This document shows positions 62,430 to 64,000 of a DNA stretch of 64,000 bases, in pieces (position 1 is the stretch's first letter; each line of letters starts with the position of its first letter). The DNA is from an uncultured Gammaproteobacteria bacterium (GTDB lineage: Bacteria; Pseudomonadota; Gammaproteobacteria; Arenicellales; Poriferihabitantaceae), in the NCBI GenBank assembly GCA_947259885.1, contig CAMYNW010000022.1:1871-65870 (forward strand), in the 5' to 3' direction. Made by a program: the position numbers and the translations under genes. The notes beneath the pieces were generated by a model, which did no database searches, was not told the origin of the DNA, and was given only the letters and a program-made list of their open reading frames with translations.

Positions 62430-64000
62430 TTAACCCTGGACTTTATCTATCTGCAGGTTCTGGACTCGAAGCTCGGTCAATTTTCGACGATCGATCTTCC
62501 CGGATGTCGTCCTTGGGAACTGGTCCAAGAAAACGATCTGATCAGGCACCGCATACTTGGGTAGTCTCTCTCCAACGTAATGGCGAAAGCTTTCCTCCTT
62601 ATCGTCTGATTTGGCATCGAGCAACAGGGCCAGTTCAAGTCGCTCATGCTCTGTGCCCGAATCCAGAATGTACGCCGCTGCTTCTTCCACCTCGTTGTGT
62701 GTCAGTATGGCTGCCTCGACTTCGTCCAGCTCGACACGGTTACCACGCACCTTGACCAGACGATCCATCCTACCATGGTAGTGCATCAAGTTAACATGAT
62801 CCCTGCTTGCCAGATCCCCGGTTCGAAAGAAAATTTTGGTGTCCGATGGGCGCTGGTAAAAACATCTGCTGTTGAGATCTGATCGATTCCAGTACCCTTT
62901 CATCATCGTGGGCGTATGAATCAGCAGTTCCCCCACTTCATCGATCTCAACCGGCGTGTTGTTTGTATCAACGATCAGCGCCTCGGTTTCGGCCCATACG
63001 TCTCCAATGGGAATAGACTCTTCGGTTCCTTTCAGTGAGTCCGGCACGAGATAAAGTGTGCACTGGTTTACCTCTGCCGGTCCATACAGGTTGGCAAACT
63101 GTGCCTGGGGCCAATAGTCCATCAGTTCCCGGATCTGACGGGGAGAAAATGGGTCACCGCCATATAGAATCCAGCGGAGAGACGATAGATCACGTTCATC
63201 AAGTACTCCGCGGGTCAGCACCTGTATCAGGGCAAATGGCACTGAATACCAGATCGTGAATTTTTCATCCTGGGCCAGCTTGGTCATGCTGGCGGGCATT
63301 CTGGTGTGCGGCTCAGGGATAATTATTGTCGTCGCGCCTGCGAGGGGTACTGCGAGATATCCTAGTGTAGAAATATCAAAATGCAGCGGAGCGTGATTGC
63401 CTACTCGGTCTGAGGGAGAGATCGAATAGGTATCCACCGTGATCCTGGCATACGCATGCCCACTGTCATGGGTATGCATAATGCCCTTCGGTGACCCGGT
63501 CGATCCAGAGGTAAACATGATATACGCGAGGTCATCAGATTTGATTCCAGTGGCGCAGTGAGGAGAATCGTCACTGTTAAAAATTTCCGACCAGGAAATA
63601 AACTGGATTCTTTCCGGATCAGTAAAGTCTGATTTATCCACTGGACTGCATCCAAGCACATACTTTAGAGAGGGAAAACTTTCCGCGGAACGCATCATGA
63701 AGGCCAATTTGCTGGGCGCAGACACGATGCAACTGATATCACAACTCTCTAAAATTGTGCCTATGCGCGACACGGGGGAGAGGGGGTCAATCGGCACGTA
63801 AGCGGCGCCCGCCTTGAGTATTCCGTATACCGCAACGGCAGTTTCGAGGCTTCGATCGAGGTAAATGCCTACTCGATCCCCTTTTTCCACATTGCACTGC
63901 TGCAACTGTCTTGCCAGCTGGTTGGTTCGACGATCCAGTTCCGAGTACTTTAATTCGGTCTCAGCAAATCGAAATGCAACGTTTTCCGGATAACGATCAG
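62430..64000 (-). CDS. Free-standing adenylation enzyme (ANL superfamily, amino-acid-type A domain); 5' end outside the window
   Basis: The frame stays open upstream of the listed TTG at 63905, through to the window edge. There it reads '...DRYPENVAFRFAETELKYSELDRRTNQLARQLQQCNVEKGDRVGIY...', which includes the A1 core. Further motifs are 'MFTSGSTGSPKGIMHTH', 'NLYGPAE', 'FRTGDLAS', 'GRMDRLVKVRGNRVELDEVE' and 'PRTTSGKIDRRKL'. Confidence 0.9.
   Translation of the reverse strand, partial: DRYPENVAFRFAETELKYSELDRRTNQLARQLQQCNVEKGDRVGIYLDRSLETAVAVYGILKAGAAYVPIDPLSPVSRIGTILESCDISCIVSAPSKLAFMMRSAESFPSLKYVLGCSPVDKSDFTDPERIQFISWSEIFNSDDSPHCATGIKSDDLAYIMFTSGSTGSPKGIMHTHDSGHAYARITVDTYSISPSDRVGNHAPLHFDISTLGYLAVPLAGATTIIIPEPHTRMPASMTKLAQDEKFTIWYSVPFALIQVLTRGVLDERDLSSLRWILYGGDPFSPRQIRELMDYWPQAQFANLYGPAEVNQCTLYLVPDSLKGTEESIPIGDVWAETEALIVDTNNTPVEIDEVGELLIHTPTMMKGYWNRSDLNSRCFYQRPSDTKIFFRTGDLASRDHVNLMHYHGRMDRLVKVRGNRVELDEVEAAILTHNEVEEAAAYILDSGTEHERLELALLLDAKSDDKEESFRHYVGERLPKYAVPDQIVFLDQFPRTTSGKIDRRKLTELRVQNLQIDKVQG

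Noticed and set aside
1-64000. A search for CRISPR arrays, tRNA/rRNA genes, intact IS elements, integrases, toxin-antitoxin pairs and defence-system hallmarks.
   Set aside because: None was found by eye. There are no regularly spaced direct repeats, no cloverleaf-like segments in the intergenic regions I read, and no transposase- or integrase-length ORFs. Only the short IS30-like stub at 15875-16006 turned up.

Overview
This is a 64-kb chromosomal segment with Gram-negative hallmarks (TolC-type outer-membrane protein, TRAP transporter, HlyD adaptors). It is densely coding, and I found no rRNA, tRNA, CRISPR array or intact mobile element. Four blocks stand out. (1) 1-11968 (+): the 3' part of a giant DUF11-type repeat surface protein, followed by a tightly packed operon. 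The operon encodes a TolC-like protein, two HlyD-type adaptors (one carrying cytoplasmic GAF-like domains), a PqqD-like/site-2-protease(M50)/HlyD triple fusion, and a C-terminally truncated SecA paralog. No ABC, RND or MFS pump is present in the window, so I flag it as a candidate undescribed export/processing system. (2) 12-24 kb: a TauD-family dioxygenase, then an IlvD/Edd dehydratase isolated between two long AT-rich non-coding stretches that hold gene debris. A complete seven-gene CoA-dependent aerobic aromatic-acid cluster of the 2-aminobenzoyl-/salicylyl-CoA monooxygenase-reductase type follows. (3) 24-52 kb: a mosaic of amine, amino-acid and cyclic-amide catabolic genes with regulators and transporters. 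It includes several DAO-type flavoproteins, a dimethylglycine-dehydrogenase-like fusion, hydantoinase A/B, an HcnABC/opine-oxidase-like three-gene set, an APC permease, an omega-transaminase, LysR and LuxR regulators, a beta-carbonic anhydrase and a TAXI-TRAP transporter. It also carries one gene interrupted by an in-frame TGA and one decayed gene fragment. (4) 52-64 kb (-): a compact NRPS cluster that runs off the window edge. Its order is free-standing A, free-standing carrier protein, C-A-T, then C-A-T-C-T-TE. Three features are unusual: a roughly 347-aa PP-loop (PseA/WbpG-like amidotransferase-type) domain inserted into an Asn-type adenylation domain, a terminal module with no A domain, and a thioesterase with Cys in place of the catalytic Ser. 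All functional calls come from motif recognition by eye; no database search was run.
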